From NCBI GenBank assembly GCA_002269645.1, contig NIVC01000673.1, forward strand, positions 124,001 through 188,000: a DNA stretch of 64,000 bases. Reading direction: 5' to 3'. A program made the translations under genes and the position numbers. The DNA comes from Macrostomum lignano (taxonomy: Eukaryota). The notes below the pieces were generated by a model. The model had not been told where the DNA came from and did no database searches. It saw only the letters and a list, made by a program, of their open reading frames with translations. This document shows positions 1 to 13,231 of this stretch, piece after piece. The stretch's first letter is position 1. Each line of letters opens with the position of its first letter.

Positions 1-62
1 GATCCCTACAGCACCCCACCCAGATCCTTACAGCCCCCCACCCAGATCCCTACAGCACCCAC
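1..62. repeat. ~22-bp intronic minisatellite (GATCCCTACAGCACCCCACCCA)
   Basis: About 3 tandem units visible at the window start. Confidence 0.8.
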
Positions 63-69
63 CCATGAG

Positions 70-3000
70 CCGCCTGTACCAAAAGTCCCACCAAACGTCC
101 CATCACCCAGGGAGCGGACGCGATCAACTCCACTCTGTGGCCGACCGCCGATTCCGCATTTCCGCTTGTCTACCCGACGGCCGCGGCCGCCCCGGCGGCA
201 ACACCGAACGGCACCGGCCGACCGCCCGGCTATCACTACGTGTACACCTACGGCGGCTCGGTGCACGGCCGAGTGAACGGCAGGCTGGGCCGATTGCGGG
301 TGCCAGCATCGCCGTGCGAAGCCACTCGCGGCAGCGGAGCCTGGTGCCTGGCGTTCGGCTGTCAGGTGGGTTCGGGTGTTCTGTTGAAGTCTGTGTTTCT
401 TGGTGGATTTTGGTGCTAAAATGCTAGCAAAACCGAGGGCCCTGGTACGCCGTATAAATGATCAAACTCAATATGCCACAATACCCCAGAAGCCATTATA
501 ATAGTACCGAAATTTAAGAGCCACAAAATACCCCTAAATTTAACTAGCTTAATACCCCCAATCCAAGCGCCAAAATACCCCCCAAAACCAAGCGCCAAAA
601 TACCCCCCCCCAATCCAAGCGCCAAAATACCCCCCCTCCAAATCCAAGCGCCAAAATACCCCCCCAAAACCATGCGCCATAATACCCCCCAAAACCAAGT
701 GCTATAATACCCCCAATCCAAGCGCCAAAATACCCCCCAAATCCAAGCGCCAAAATACCCCCCAAAACCAAGCGCCATAATACCCCTAAAACCAAGCGCC
801 ATAATACCCCTAAAACCAAGCGCCATAATACCCCTAAAACCAAGCGCCATAATACCCCTAAAACCAAGCGCCATAATACCCCTAAAACCAAGCGCCATAA
901 TACCCCCAAACCGCGCAGATCTGCTCAGGCGAGTGCAGACCGCCAGGCTTCGCCCCCGCATCCCCCTCGGAGCCGTGCTCAGACATCTCAGCCTGCTCCG
1001 GCAATTCCTCTCGAGCTCCGGCGTGCGACACCCTGCTCACCAGCTGCTCCATCTGTACAGAGAAGAGTCTGCGCAATGCCCCGGATCACCTGTCATCCAC
1101 TGCGTTAGTTAATTGCGTCTACTGCAATGGCACGTGCAGATTAGCGCCCAATCCCAGCGTTAATCCTTGCGGCAGTAACTACAGCGCGCTAGCTCCGGTG
1201 CAGTGCGCCAGCTGCCCTGCCGGCACCTGTCAGAGATGCTCTCAGCAGCCCCAGTGCCTGTACGCCGATGCCAGCTCCGGCGGCGACGGGCATTTGAAGT
1301 GTCGACAGAGGAAGCTGGACGGCTCGGAGTCTGACGTTGGGGTACGTTTAGGGATAAACTGCTTGTGATCATCTGTGAGACTGAATGTCATGATTGAGAT
1401 ACCGGTGATCGGAATTGAGATACCGGTGATCTGGATTGAGATACCGGTGATCGCAATTAAGATACCGGTAATCTGGATTGAAATACCGGTGATAGGGATT
1501 GAGATACCGGTGATCGGAATTGAGATACCGGTGATATGGATTGAGATACCGGTGATCGCAATTAAGATACCGGTAATCTGGATTGAAATACCGGTGATAG
1601 GGATTGAGATACCGGTGATCGGAATTAAGATACCGGTAATCTGGATTGAAATACCGGTGATAGGGATTGAGATACCGGTGATCGCAATTAAGATACCGGT
1701 AATCTGGATTGAAATACCGGTGATAGGGATTGAGATACCGGTGATCGGAATTAAGATACCGGTAATCTGGATTGAAATACCGGTGATAGGGATTGAGATA
1801 CCGGTGATCGCAATTCGAAGCGTCCCGGAGTCACTTATTTTTCAATGTTATCGTTTAAAAAATAGAGTGCAAAGAGTGGCGAGAGCGCAAAGACTGCGCG
1901 GCGGCATAAATAGGCAGGCCTCCCCCCTCACAGTTTAAACCCCAGTACTCCGCCCCGCGTACATGTACATTGGCAAGCCGCTGAACGCGGCAGAGTAATG
2001 GACACATGCAAGTCGCCAAAAAGTTGCAGAAGAAGCGCTTTAGTCACTGTAAAATCGTTAGTGCATCACTTCTGAGTCGATGAGCATGCATTTTGTATTT
2101 GCCCAGAAATAAAGATCCAACAGTCTGTTTAATGCCGGTAGTACCGACTCTGTAACGCGTCCAGAGCGCCTCAGAAGTGACGCACTAACAATTCTACAGT
2201 GACGCTGAAGCGCATCTTCTGCGACTTTTTAGCGACTGCAGAACGCCGGAAATGACTCAAATTCCTCAAGCGACGCAAATGCGCTTCAAACACAACTCAG
2301 ATGACTCTAATGCGGCTTTGGAACGCCTTAAATACGATTCTACGACCCCAGAATCGTTATACCGTCGCCCCAGAGTCACTAGAGTCGCGCCAGAATCACT
2401 TGCGTCGCCCCAGAGTCACTAGATTCGCGCCAGAATCACTTGCGTCGCCCCCAGAGTCATTAGATTCGCGCCAGAATCACTTGCGTCGCCCCCAGAGTCA
2501 TTAGAGTCGCGCCAGAGTCACTTGCGTCGCCCCCAGAGTCATTAGATTCGCGCCAGAATCACTTGCGTCGCCCCCAGAGTCATTAGAGTCGCGCCAGAAT
2601 CACTTGCGTCGCCCCCAGAGTCATTAGATTCGCGCCAGAATCACTTGCGTCGCCCCCAGAGTCATTAGAGTCGCGCCAGAATCACTTGCGTCGCCTCCAG
2701 AGTCATTAGAGTCGCGCCAGAATCACTTGCGTCGCCTCCAGAGTCATTAGAGTCGCGCCAGAATCACTTGCGTCGCCCCAGAGTCATTAGATTCGCGCCA
2801 GAATCACTTGCGTCGCCCCAGAATCACTTGCGTCGCCCCAGAATCACTTGCGTCGCCCCAGAGTCACTTGCGTCGCCCCAGAATCACTTGCGTCGCGCCA
2901 GAATCACTTGCGTCGCCCCAGAGTCATTAGAGTCGCGCCAGAATCACTTGCGTCGCCCCAGAGTCACTAGAGTCGCCCCAGAATCACTTGCGTCGCGCCA

Positions 3001-6000
3001 GAATCACTTGCGTCGCCCCAGAATCGTTTCAGAGTCGCAGACAATAAAACGCTTCAAAGTGATTCTGGGGCTACTCTTTGACGACTTTTTGGCGACTTGT
3101 ACCGTGACATCTCGTCACTTTAGAGGCCGGTGATAGAGATTGAGATTCCGGTGATTGGAATTGAGATACTGGTGATAGAGATGGAAATACCTATGATGGA
3201 GACTAAGCCATCTATGATAGGGTTTTAAGGGCCAATGCCGATCACATGGAAAACATGCTGTGCTACTTAGCACTAAAACTCGCCAGCTCAATAATCCCCA
3301 TTATAAATGCGCCATTACCCAACCTCAGGCCTGCTCAATACTGAGCAGACGCAGCCCATGCGGCAGATCATCAGCCGGCGGCTGCACCGAGTGCGCCAGC
3401 TCAGTTGGCGGCTTCGAGTCCGGCAGTCTGGGCTGCGCCTGGCTCCAGTCTGGGCAGCAGAGCGGCGGCTTCTGCCTGCCAGCCGCCTTCATCGAGCCGC
3501 TGTGTCCAGACGGAGCTTGCGGCAAATTCGCATTGAAGTCTTCGCCGCCTCTGATTGGCTCGGCCGCCTGTCCGGCTTTGAACGGCACCGGTTGCGACAA
3601 TCAGACCTACTGCAAATCCTGCCTGGCCCGCTGCCGCGGCCGCGGCTGGTGCGCCGACTCTCCGGCAGGCAGCGGCGCCGGCCGGTGTCTTGTCGGTGGC
3701 TTCGCCAAGCCGTCGGCGGGAGAGGCTGCCTGCGCCTCGCCATCCAGCTGGCATTTCGACGCCTGTCCGCCTGAGAACGAGTGCGAGAATGAGCATCATA
3801 ATTGCGATCTGGAGCGGCAGGTTTGCGTTGACCAGATTGACGGGTTCAGGTGCGAATGTCGGCCTGGTTACAATTGGAATAATGCGACTCGAATCTGCGA
3901 GCCTGTGTGCACCAGGGGGTGCAATGCGACTCAAGTGAGCTGGATTGGCAATATTATTATTCCTTATCTCACCTGTTTTTTAGCTAGGCCCTTGTCTCAC
4001 CATTCCTAATTATCTCACCTGTTTTAGCTGGGCCCTTATCTCACCATTCCTAATTATCTCACCTGTGTTTAACTGGGCCTTTATCTCACCATTCCTAATT
4101 ATCTCACCTGTGTTTTAGCTGGGCCCTTATCTCACCATTCCTAATTATCTCACCTGTGTTTTAGCTGGGCCTTTGTCTCACCATTCCTAACTATCTCACT
4201 TGTGTTTTAGCTGGGCCCTTATCTCACCATTCCTAATTATCTCACCTGTGTTTTAGCTGGACCCTTATCTCACCATTCCTAATTATCTTACATGTGTTTT
4301 AGCTGGGCCCTTATCTCACCATTCCTAATTATCTCACCTGTGTTTTAGCTGGGCCCTTATCTCACCATTCCTAATTATCTCACTTGTGCCTTAACTATCG
4401 GTCCTTATCTTACCTGTTTTTGGCTGGGCTTTATGGTTCTTATCTCCCAATTATCCTTATCTCACCTGCACTTCCATTCAGATTCAAACACACTGGGGTC
4501 ATTATCTTCCAATTAACCTTATCTCACCTGCACTTCCATTTAGATTTAAACACGCTGGGGTCATTATCTCCCAATTAACCTTATCTCACCTGCACTTCCA
4601 TTTAGATTTAAACACGCTGGGGTCATTATCTTCCAATTAACCTTATCTCACCTGCACTTCCATTTAGATTTAAACACACTGGGGTCATTATCTCCCAATT
4701 AACCTTATCTCACCTGCAATCCATTTAGATTTATACACAGTGGTGGTCATTATCTCCCAATTAACCTTATCTCACCATATCTCACCATAAAGCGATCCAT
4801 TTAGATTTAAACACAGTTATCTCCCATTATCTCCCTTATCAATCGCAGGGCCGTTGCACCAAGCCGGACGTTTGCACCTGCCTATTCGGTTTCACCGGCG
4901 ACACCTGCGACGTTGCCTGCGACTGCAACGGTCACTCCAACTGCGCCGGTCCGTCGCCCGCCGACCGAGCCACCTGCCTGTCCTGCCACAACAACACCCG
5001 CGGCAGCCACTGCCAGTTCTGCTCTCCGCTGCACGCCGGGGACGCCGCCTCCGGCCAGGCGTGCCTGCCCTGCAGCCAGGTGTGCAACGGGCACTCGCGG
5101 GTGTGCCTGAATGAAACTGACAGATTGAAGCACGCGAATTGGCCTGATAGATTTCCTATTGATGGTAGCAACTTCAGCTGGATCCAACAGGGACCGTCTA
5201 TTGACGATGCCGTCTGCATGAACTGCGATGGTAATGAGCTTTGAAATTTTTGTGTCTATCTGCCCATCTTATCGTGTCTATCTACCTACGCTCGTACTAA
5301 TCTACCGTATCTACTTAGCAATCTGCCATATCTACCTACTAATCTAGCTTATCTACCATATCTACCTAATAATCTATCGGATGTACTGTTTTTTCTTAAT
5401 AATCCACCGTATCTACGTCAACCGTATCTACCTACTAATCTTCCACATCTGCCTACTAATCTACCGTACCTAGCTACTTATATACTATATCTACTTACTA
5501 ATCGATTATAACTACTAGCTCGTAATCTACCGTATCTACCTAATAATCTACCCTGTCTACCTATTTATCTACCATATCTTCTTACTTAGTCTACCGTGTC
5601 TACCTGCTAATCTACCCTATTCGACTACTTATTTACCATATCTACCTACCAATCTACCACATCTACATGTACCTACTCCACCTCCGAAATCCGCAGGCAA
5701 CACTGAGGGCAGCCGCTGCGAGCAGTGCAGCCGGGGCAACTACCGGCTCGGCTTTAACCGCCTGCTGCCCTGCAAGCCCTGCCAGTGCAACGGGCACTCG
5801 GATTTCTGCCTGCCGGACACGGGGCAGGGCTGCGACTGCCAGAACAACACCAGAACCAGCTGCACAGATCGCGACCAGCGCTGCCGCGAGCAGCAGTGCG
5901 CCGTGTGCGCGGATTTCTATTCGGGCAAGCCTACGGACGGCCGGCAGTGCTACCACAAGATGGGCGTCAACAACTACTTCTGCCTGGACTACCGGCACAG

Positions 6001-6075
6001 CCAGAAGGCCTGCGGAGTGCCCGACCCACCCGCCACTCTGCCTACTGGGCGGACCCTCTTCTTCCAGGTTGGGGC

Positions 6076-6132
<57 letters not shown>

Positions 6133-6148
6133 GCCTGTCTGTCTGTCG

Positions 6149-6208
<60 letters not shown>

Positions 6209-6235
6209 TAGTGTCTGTCTGTCTGTCTGTCTTAG

Positions 6236-6267
<32 letters not shown>

Positions 6268-7355
6268 AGCAGACAGCTAAGCCAACTGCCCCCCCCCTTT
6301 CCCAGGTGAACCCCGGCTTCCTCAACATCGACGTCCGCCTATTCGTAGACATCATTCGCGGCGCCGCCGACCTCTACCTGGCGCTGTCGGACCGCACATT
6401 CGTGGTGAACAACACCGTAGACGCCAATGGCTTCTGGTCCAATCTGGTCAGCATCGATTATCAAGCGGCGGCAATGTTGCCAAGGCAACCAGACGGTCGA
6501 AGGCGCCGTCGCAGCGTCGTCAGCGACCCGCCGGTCCTGTCGGATCGAGTCCTGGAAGTGAGCGCCAACCCCTACCTGACGTACGTGAGCCTGCCGGTGT
6601 CGGGCAGCATCCTGATTGTGAGAAATGCCACCAGGCGCGTCCTCATCACCATTCCGTGCCAGAGCTACGAGTTCTCGCTGAACAAATTCTACCTGGTAGT
6701 GCAGGGAGTCTCCACAGACGTCAACGTGTCGGGCATTGTGTTCTTCCGTCAGGACCAGAACCACATCAACCTGCTGGTGTTCTTCTCCATGTTCTTCTCC
6801 TGCTTCTTCCTCCTGTTCGGCCTGGTTGTGCTGGCTTGGAAGGCCCGCCAGGCGCACAGCCGGCGGGTTGCTAGGCAACGCAGGGAACGCGAGCGACAGT
6901 CAATGGCGGCAAGGCCGTTCGGTAGGGTGAGACTGATTCTGCCGTGTGCTACTACTGACAGTAGCCATGCGGGGCTGGTGAACCCGGTGTGCCTGGAGCC
7001 GCTGGTGACCGGAGCTGCTGGCAAAGCTGGCCAGGCCGCAGCCCTGTGCACTGTGCTCATCCAGCTGCCCCATCCCCAGCCTGGCGGCTCCTTCTGCCTC
7101 GGATCGGCGCTCGTGTTGACCCGCGGTCTGGCACCGTTTTTGCACGGCAGAGCGCCGCCTCATCATCAGCCTCAGCAGCCTCACCAGCGGCCCGGCCTCC
7201 CCCGGGTTGTCATCGCCGACAACGCCGAAGCTTCCGAGGCCGCCGCCAACGCCGAGATTGTTGTTGAAGATGGCGAGCGCGACGAGGCTGTCGAGCTTGC
7301 GACACCAAGCGGCGATGTCCATCGAAGGACTGGACAGGCCACATCCAATTGTTGA
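70..7355 (+). CDS. MEGF8: Multiple EGF-like domains protein 8 (MEGF8), 3' portion; 5' end lies upstream of the window
   Basis: Phase-consistent GT-AG exons ~70-365 (start uncertain), 919-1341, 3329-3934, 4849-5230, 5697-6067, 6306-7355. Translation shows a kelch-like YTYGGS, PSI-like Cys clusters, EGF ([14 protein letters not shown]...[16 protein letters not shown]), laminin-EGF repeats ([19 protein letters not shown]...CDCQNNT), GRTLFFQ|[24 protein letters not shown], a TM segment ([25 protein letters not shown]) and the tail motif MAARPF. All match MEGF8 as I recall it. Confidence 0.93.
530..910. repeat. ~24-bp intronic minisatellite (AATACCCCTAAAACCAAGCGCCAT)
   Basis: Tandem units in a MEGF8 intron; source of the spurious FRGIMALG ORFs. 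Confidence 0.9.
1385..1815. repeat. 21-bp minisatellite (GAGATACCGGTGATCGGAATT); degenerate units resume at ~3128-3215
   Basis: About 20 tandem units; IEIPVIW ORF periodicity of 7 aa. Confidence 0.9.
2011..2237. repeat. Inverted repeat (foldback) with ~66-bp arms
   Basis: 2011-2076 (AGTCGCCAAAAAGTTGCAGAAG...CACTTCTGAG) is the near reverse complement of 2170-2237 (CTCAGAAGTGACG...CTTCTGCGACTTTTTAGCGACT). Confidence 0.8.
2340..3030. repeat. ~40-bp minisatellite (CAGAATCACTTGCGTCGCCCCAGAGTCATTAGATTCGCGC) with 20-bp subunits
   Basis: Tandem units seen directly. Confidence 0.9.
3955..4820. repeat. 46-bp and ~61-bp related intronic minisatellites (core TTATCTCACCTG)
   Basis: Tandem units in the MEGF8 intron 3935-4848. 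Confidence 0.88.
6075..6270. repeat. (CTGT)n microsatellite in the last MEGF8 intron
   Basis: Seen directly; source of the SVCL ORFs. Confidence 0.97.
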
Positions 7356-8479
7356 GAAGACTGAGCTCGAGTTGTGTTTCTTTTCTGACTGTTTTGAGGG
7401 ACCTTAGGGGGTTTTGGTTTGGATTTACAGATCAGCGGAACACCAAATCCTAATCTCTAATACCTCCTGAGATTATCTATGTTTTCAAGATCCTAAATCC
7501 AATTATTCAGATATTAACTTCCCAAATTCCTAATCCAAAATCCTATCTTTCTGATCCCGAACCCCATCATCCCAATCCCAAATCCCATCATCCCGATCCC
7601 AAATCCCATCATCCCGATCCCAAATCCCATCAGTCAGGCTATCAAAAGCAAAGCTTTATTTTCGCTCAATTGCTCACCCAGTCCAGTCACATTTGCAAAG
7701 CAATAAGCCGCTGTAAAAGCAGTCATATTTTTGAATTTGCCAATTTTGTTAAAGTCTTGTCCTGTCTTTGCTACAAATCGCTTCGCTCGCTCTGCCGCCC
7801 GCCCACGCACCGCAATTTCAAATTTCAACTCAAATTCTAAGCAAACAAAATTCCTCACTTGATGGCCCAAATGTTTTGTTTTGATTGACTTTTGTTTATC
7901 CTGTGCACCTGCTTGTCTTTCAAATTTCAAACTCACAATTGAAAGTTGATCTCTCGCTATATTTTGATTTGTTATTTGGGGCAAACTCTGCTGTGGCATA
8001 TCAGCGTGGCGTCTTCTGCTTTTTGCTTTCCTGTGTTTTGTCTGAACTGAATCCGCCTGACTGCCTGCTTTCCCGTGTTTTGTCTGAACTGAATCCACCT
8101 GACTGCCTGCTTTCCTGTGTTTTGTCTGAACTGAATCCACCTGACTGCCTGCTTTCCTGTGTTTTGTCTGAACTGAATCCGCCTGACTGCCTGCTTTCCT
8201 GATCACAAAGCCAGAACTTATAAAATTGCAAGGCAAAACTTGTTATCTCACGATTCAAATATTGCTGCACCGATAATGTCAGACGATTTTTAAACGGGGT
8301 TTTAAGAGAAATGATTGATACTCGTAATTAGGCTGACAAATATTCTGCAGATCTGTATGGCACAAGCGTGTAAAATCATGTAAAATATGTTAATAAATTT
8401 ATTAACTTTTTATGCTTTTTGTTGCTGATTATAACATTTCTGGCTGTGTTGAGGTTTTTGATTAAGATATTTGTGTTGT

Positions 8480-9280
8480 TCCAGATCCTTCAGGAATAGT
8501 TCAGAATGGTTCCAGATCCTTCAGGAATAGTTCACAATGGTTCCAGATCCTTCAGGAATAGTTCACAATGGTTCCAGATCCTTCAGGAACAGTTCACAAT
8601 GGTTCCAGATCCTTCAGGAATAGTTCACAATGGTTCCAGATCCTTCAGGAATAGTTCACAATGGTTCCAGATCCTTCAGGAATAGTTCACAATGGTTCCA
8701 GATCCTTCAGGAACAGTTCACAATGGTTCCAGATCCTTCAGGAATAGTTCACAATGGTTCCAGATCCTTCAGGAATAGTTCACAATGGTTCCAGATCCTT
8801 CAGGAACAGTTCACAATGGTTCCAGATCCTTCAGGAACAGTTCACAATGGTTCCAGATCCTTCAGGAACAATTCACAATGGTTCCAGATCCTTCAGGAAC
8901 AATTCACAATGGTTCCAGATCCTTCAGGAACAGTTCACAATGGTTCCAGATCCTTCAGGAATAGTTCACAATGGTTCCAGATCCTTCAGGAATAGTTCAC
9001 AATGGTTCCAGATCCTTCAGGAACAGTTCACAATGGTTCCAGATCCTTCAGGAATAGTTCACAATGGTTCCAGATCCTTCAGGAACAGTTCACAATGGTT
9101 CCAGATCCTTCAGGAATAGTTCACAATGGTTCCAGATCCTTCAGGAACAGTTCACAATGGTTCCAGATCCTTCAGGAACAGTTAGAATGGTTCCACATCC
9201 TTTAGGAAAAGTTCACAATGGTTCCAGATCCTTCAGGAATAGTTCACAATGGTTCCAGATCCTTCAGGAATACTTCAGAA
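8480..9280. repeat. 31-bp minisatellite upstream of WRAP73 (GTTCCAGATCCTTCAGGAATAGTTCACAATG)
   Basis: About 25 tandem units; a second copy lies at ~59730-60630. Confidence 0.93.
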
Positions 9281-9380
9281 TGAATCAGAATGCCACAGCA
9301 ACCCCCGACCCCCTGTTGCTGCCAAACCTCAGCCAGTCTCCATGGCAACAGCGTCATCCTAACCCCAACCGGCGCATCCG

Positions 9381-11878
9381 ATGAACTTCTCCGAGCTCAT
9401 CCCTTTCTCAGGCGGCAGTCGCCTGGCCAGCTTCTCCCCAAGCGGATTTTACCTGGCCGAGGCGGCCCAATTTCGGGCGAACGTCCGCGACAGCAAATCC
9501 TTGGAGCTGCTGCAGTCCTTCGCCTGCGCCGATCAGATCACGGATTTGGCCTGGTCGCCTGACAGCCTGTTTCTGATGTGCGTCATGCGCAAGAGGGCTC
9601 TGGTGCAGGTGAGGGACTTTAGTTTTGTGTTATTCGCTACATATCGGCTGTTTGTTTCAAACTAATTCATTGTTTGTTTTCGATACATATCGGCTAATAG
9701 CTGCACTATAATGCAGATCTTTTACGGTTACCCAACCTTCACCGCTCGCCTTCCCAGGTGTGGTCCCTTGAGCACCCGGACTGGGCTTGCAAAATTGACG
9801 AAGGCGTCGCCGGTTTGGTCGCCGCCTGCTGGGCGCCGGACAGTCGGCGAGTGCTGACCACGGCCGACTTTAATCTGCGGGTGACTGTCTGGTCGCTGAC
9901 TGACAAGACGGTGGCTTATTTGAAGCACCCGAAGGCCTGCTCGAAGTATATAGCGTTCAGGTGAGCTCTGGAAAAAATGGCACTCGGGTCCTAAAAATGG
10001 CACTGGTTCTAAAAATGGCACTCGGGTCCTAAAAATGGCACTCGGGCCCTAAAAATGGCACTCGGGTCCTAAAAATAGCACTCGGGCCCTAAAAATGGCA
10101 CTCTGGTTCTAAAAATGGCACTCGGGTTCTAAAAATGGCACTCGGGCCCTAAAAATGACACTCTGGTTCTAAAAATGGCACTCGGGTTCTAAAAATGGCA
10201 CTCTGGTTCTAAAAATGGCACTCGGGTTCTAAAAATGGCACTCGGGCCCTAAAAATGGCACTCGGGTCCTAAAAATGGCACTCTGGTTCTAAAAATGGCA
10301 CTCTGGTTCTAGAAATGGCACTCGGGCCGTAAAAATGGCACTCTGGTTCTAAAAATGGCACTCGGGTCCTAAAAATGGCACTCAGGTCCTAAAATGGCAC
10401 TCGGGTTCTAAAAATGGCACTCGGGTCCTAAAAATGGCACTCGGGTCCTAAAAATGGCACTCTGGTTCTAAAAATGGCACTCTGGTTCTAGAAATGGCAC
10501 TCGGGCCGTAAAAATGGCACTCTGGTTCTAAAAATGGCACTCGGGTCCTAAAAATGGCACTCAGGTCCTAAAATGGCACTCGGGTTCTAAAAATGGCACT
10601 CGGGTTCTAAAAATGGCACTCGGGTTCTAAAAATGGCACTCGGGTTCTAAAAATGGCACTCGGGTTCTAAAAATGGCACTCGGGTCCTAAAAATGGCACT
10701 CGGGTCCTAAAAATCGCACTCGGGCCCTAAAAATGGCACTCGGGTCCTAAAAATGGCACTCGGGTCCTAAAAATGGCACTCGGGCCCTAAAAATGGCACT
10801 CGGGTTCTAAAATGGCACTCGGATACTAAAAATGGCACTCGGGGCCTAAAATAACACTCGGGTTTCTACTAAAAACTGGATTGCTGATTTCAGAAGTGGC
10901 ATCAATGATTTCAGAAATGGCATCACTGATTTCAGAAATGGTATCACTGATTTCAGAAATGGCATCACTGATTTCAGAAATGGAATCACTAATTTGAGAA
11001 ATGGCATCACTGATTTCAGAAATGGCATCTCGGATTTCATTCCGCCTTCCCCATCCCCAAATCCCCTCAGCTCGGACGGCTGCCTGCTGGCCCTGGCCGA
11101 GCGTCGCGGCCTCAAAGACTGCGTCTCCGTGTTCAACTGCGGCGGTGACACCGGCTGGCAGCTGGTCGCCCATTTCGATGCCGGCACCGAAGACCTGGAC
11201 GGCCTGGCCTGGTCGCCTGACGCCACTGCTCTGGCCTGCTGGGACGGCTGCCTGCGCAGTCGGGTGGCGATTTTCTCGCCGACAGGTTCGCGATTGTTAT
11301 GGTGATGTTGATGATGATGATGATGTTGATGATGATGATAATGATGATGATGGTTATAATGATGATAATAATGATGGTGATGATGGTGATGATAATGATG
11401 ATGATGATGATGGTGTTGATGATGTTGATGATGATGATGATGATTGTGATGATGATGATAATGATGATGATGATGGTGATGATAATGATGATGATGATGA
11501 TGGTGCTGATGATGTTGATGATGATGATGATGATTGTGATGATGATGATAATGATGATGATGATGATGATGATGATGTTGACGAAGTTGATGGTAATGAT
11601 GGCGATAATGATGATGATGATTGTGATGGTGATAATGGTGATGATGATGATGATGATGATGATGATGGTGATAATGATGGTGATTGTGATGATAATGATA
11701 ATGATGGTGATTATGGTGATGATGATGATGATGATGATGATGATGGTGATAATGATGGTGATTGTGATGATAATGATAATGATGGTGATTATGGTGATGA
11801 TGATGATGATAATGATGGTGATGATGATGATGATGATGTTGATGAAATAATGATGAAATGATAATGATGGTGATGATG

Positions 11879-11937
<59 letters not shown>

Positions 11938-13227
11938 AATGATGGTGATAATGGTGATGCTGATAATGGTGATGCTGATGATGATGGTTTCCATACTTAT
12001 GCTCAAATTCATTCCATTTCCATACTTATGCTCAAATTCATTCCATTTCCATACTTATGCTCAAACTCATCCCATTTCCATACTTATCCTCAAACTCATT
12101 CCATTTCCATACTTATGCTCAAACTCATTCCATTTCCATACTTATGCTCAAACTCATCCCATTTCCATACTTATCCTCAAATTCATCCCATTTCCATACT
12201 TATCCTCAAATTCATCCCATTTCCATACTTATCCTCAAACTCATTCCATTTCCATACTTATGCTCAAACTCATCCCATTTCCATACTTATCCTCAAATTC
12301 ATTCCATTTCCATACTTATGCTCAAACTCATCGCATTTACATACTTATCCTCAAACTCATCGCATTTCCATACTTATCCTCAAATTCATCCCATTTCCAT
12401 ACTTATGCTCAAACTCATCCCATTTCCATACTTATCCTCAAACTCATCGCATTTCCATACTTATCCTCAAACTCATCCCATCCCCGAACTCACCCCACGC
12501 AGGCACACAGCTGCACACATTCAGCGCTTACCCCCTGGAGCGCGGCCTGGGCACCAAGTGCGTGGAGTGGTCGCCGTCCTCCCAGTTCCTGGCAGTCGGC
12601 TGCTACGACGGCTCGCTGCGGCTGTTGAACAACATCACCTGGGAGCCGCTGGCCGAGATGCGCGGCCAGACCTGTGTGGAGCCGCCGCCATCCTCCTCAG
12701 CCTCTTCATCCGGGATCGTGGCTTATCGAGAGATCGAATCCCCATCCGGTTTGCCCAGATACGAAGCTTCATCACCCGGTGACCCTCCAATCCCGATCCC
12801 GGTGGTGAAGCCGGACCCCAGCAAGCCGAATCCCAAAGTGGGGATCGGAGCTGTGCACTTCTCGCCCTGCTCCCGGTACGTGGCATTTCGCGAGGACAGC
12901 CAGCCAGGGGCCCTGTGGCTGTGGGAGCTCAACAGGTTGAAGCCGAGCGCCCTGCTGCTGCACAGAAATCCCGTCCGATCGTTTGCTTGGGATCCGTCAG
13001 CTTTTAATCCTCCCAGACTGGCCATTGTGACCGGAACTCCGTGTGTGTACATGTGGTCAACCGCTGGCTGCTTGGCCGCTCAGGTGCCGCTCATGGACCG
13101 CTGCGGCGCATTCGTAATCACCAGCGTCAGCTGGCATCCTGACGGAGACGCCCTGCTGCTCACATCTGATGCCGACGCCTGCGTGTGCTTCCTGGAGTCT
13201 GGCGGAGCTGCGGGACAGGCTGGATGA
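9381..13227 (+). CDS. WRAP73: WD repeat protein WRAP73 (WDR8), complete, 4 exons
   Basis: Exons 9381-9608, 9758-9960, 11071-11285, 12503-13227 with consistent phases (0, 2, 1). The translation MNFSE...LVQ|[28 protein letters not shown]...LRVTVWSL...KHPKAC...[15 protein letters not shown]...KPNPKVGIG closely follows WRAP73 family sequence. Confidence 0.95.
9975..11030. repeat. 20-bp (CTAAAAATGGCACTCGGGTC) then 21-bp (TGATTTCAGAAATGGCATCAC) minisatellites in WRAP73 intron 2
   Basis: Tandem units; the counterpart lies at ~61450-62230. Confidence 0.92.
11298..11990. repeat. (GAT)n-type trinucleotide microsatellite in WRAP73 intron 3
   Basis: Seen directly; lies between the donor at 11286 and the acceptor at 12502. 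Confidence 0.95.
11988..12480. repeat. 29-bp minisatellite (CATTTCCATACTTATCCTCAAACTCATCC)
   Basis: About 17 units here; about 1 unit in the duplicate at ~63665-63695. Confidence 0.9.
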
Positions 13228-13231
13228 AGCA

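Noticed and set aside
8480-9280. Regular 31-bp repeats (also the 32-bp and 53-bp arrays) as a CRISPR array
   Set aside because: Units are head-to-tail with no unique spacers, there are no cas genes, and the context is eukaryotic.
10846-12012. Poly-His, poly-Asp and poly-Met ORFs (also 62498-63731)
   Set aside because: They are translations of the (GAT)n microsatellite inside WRAP73 intron 3, bounded by a clear donor and acceptor.
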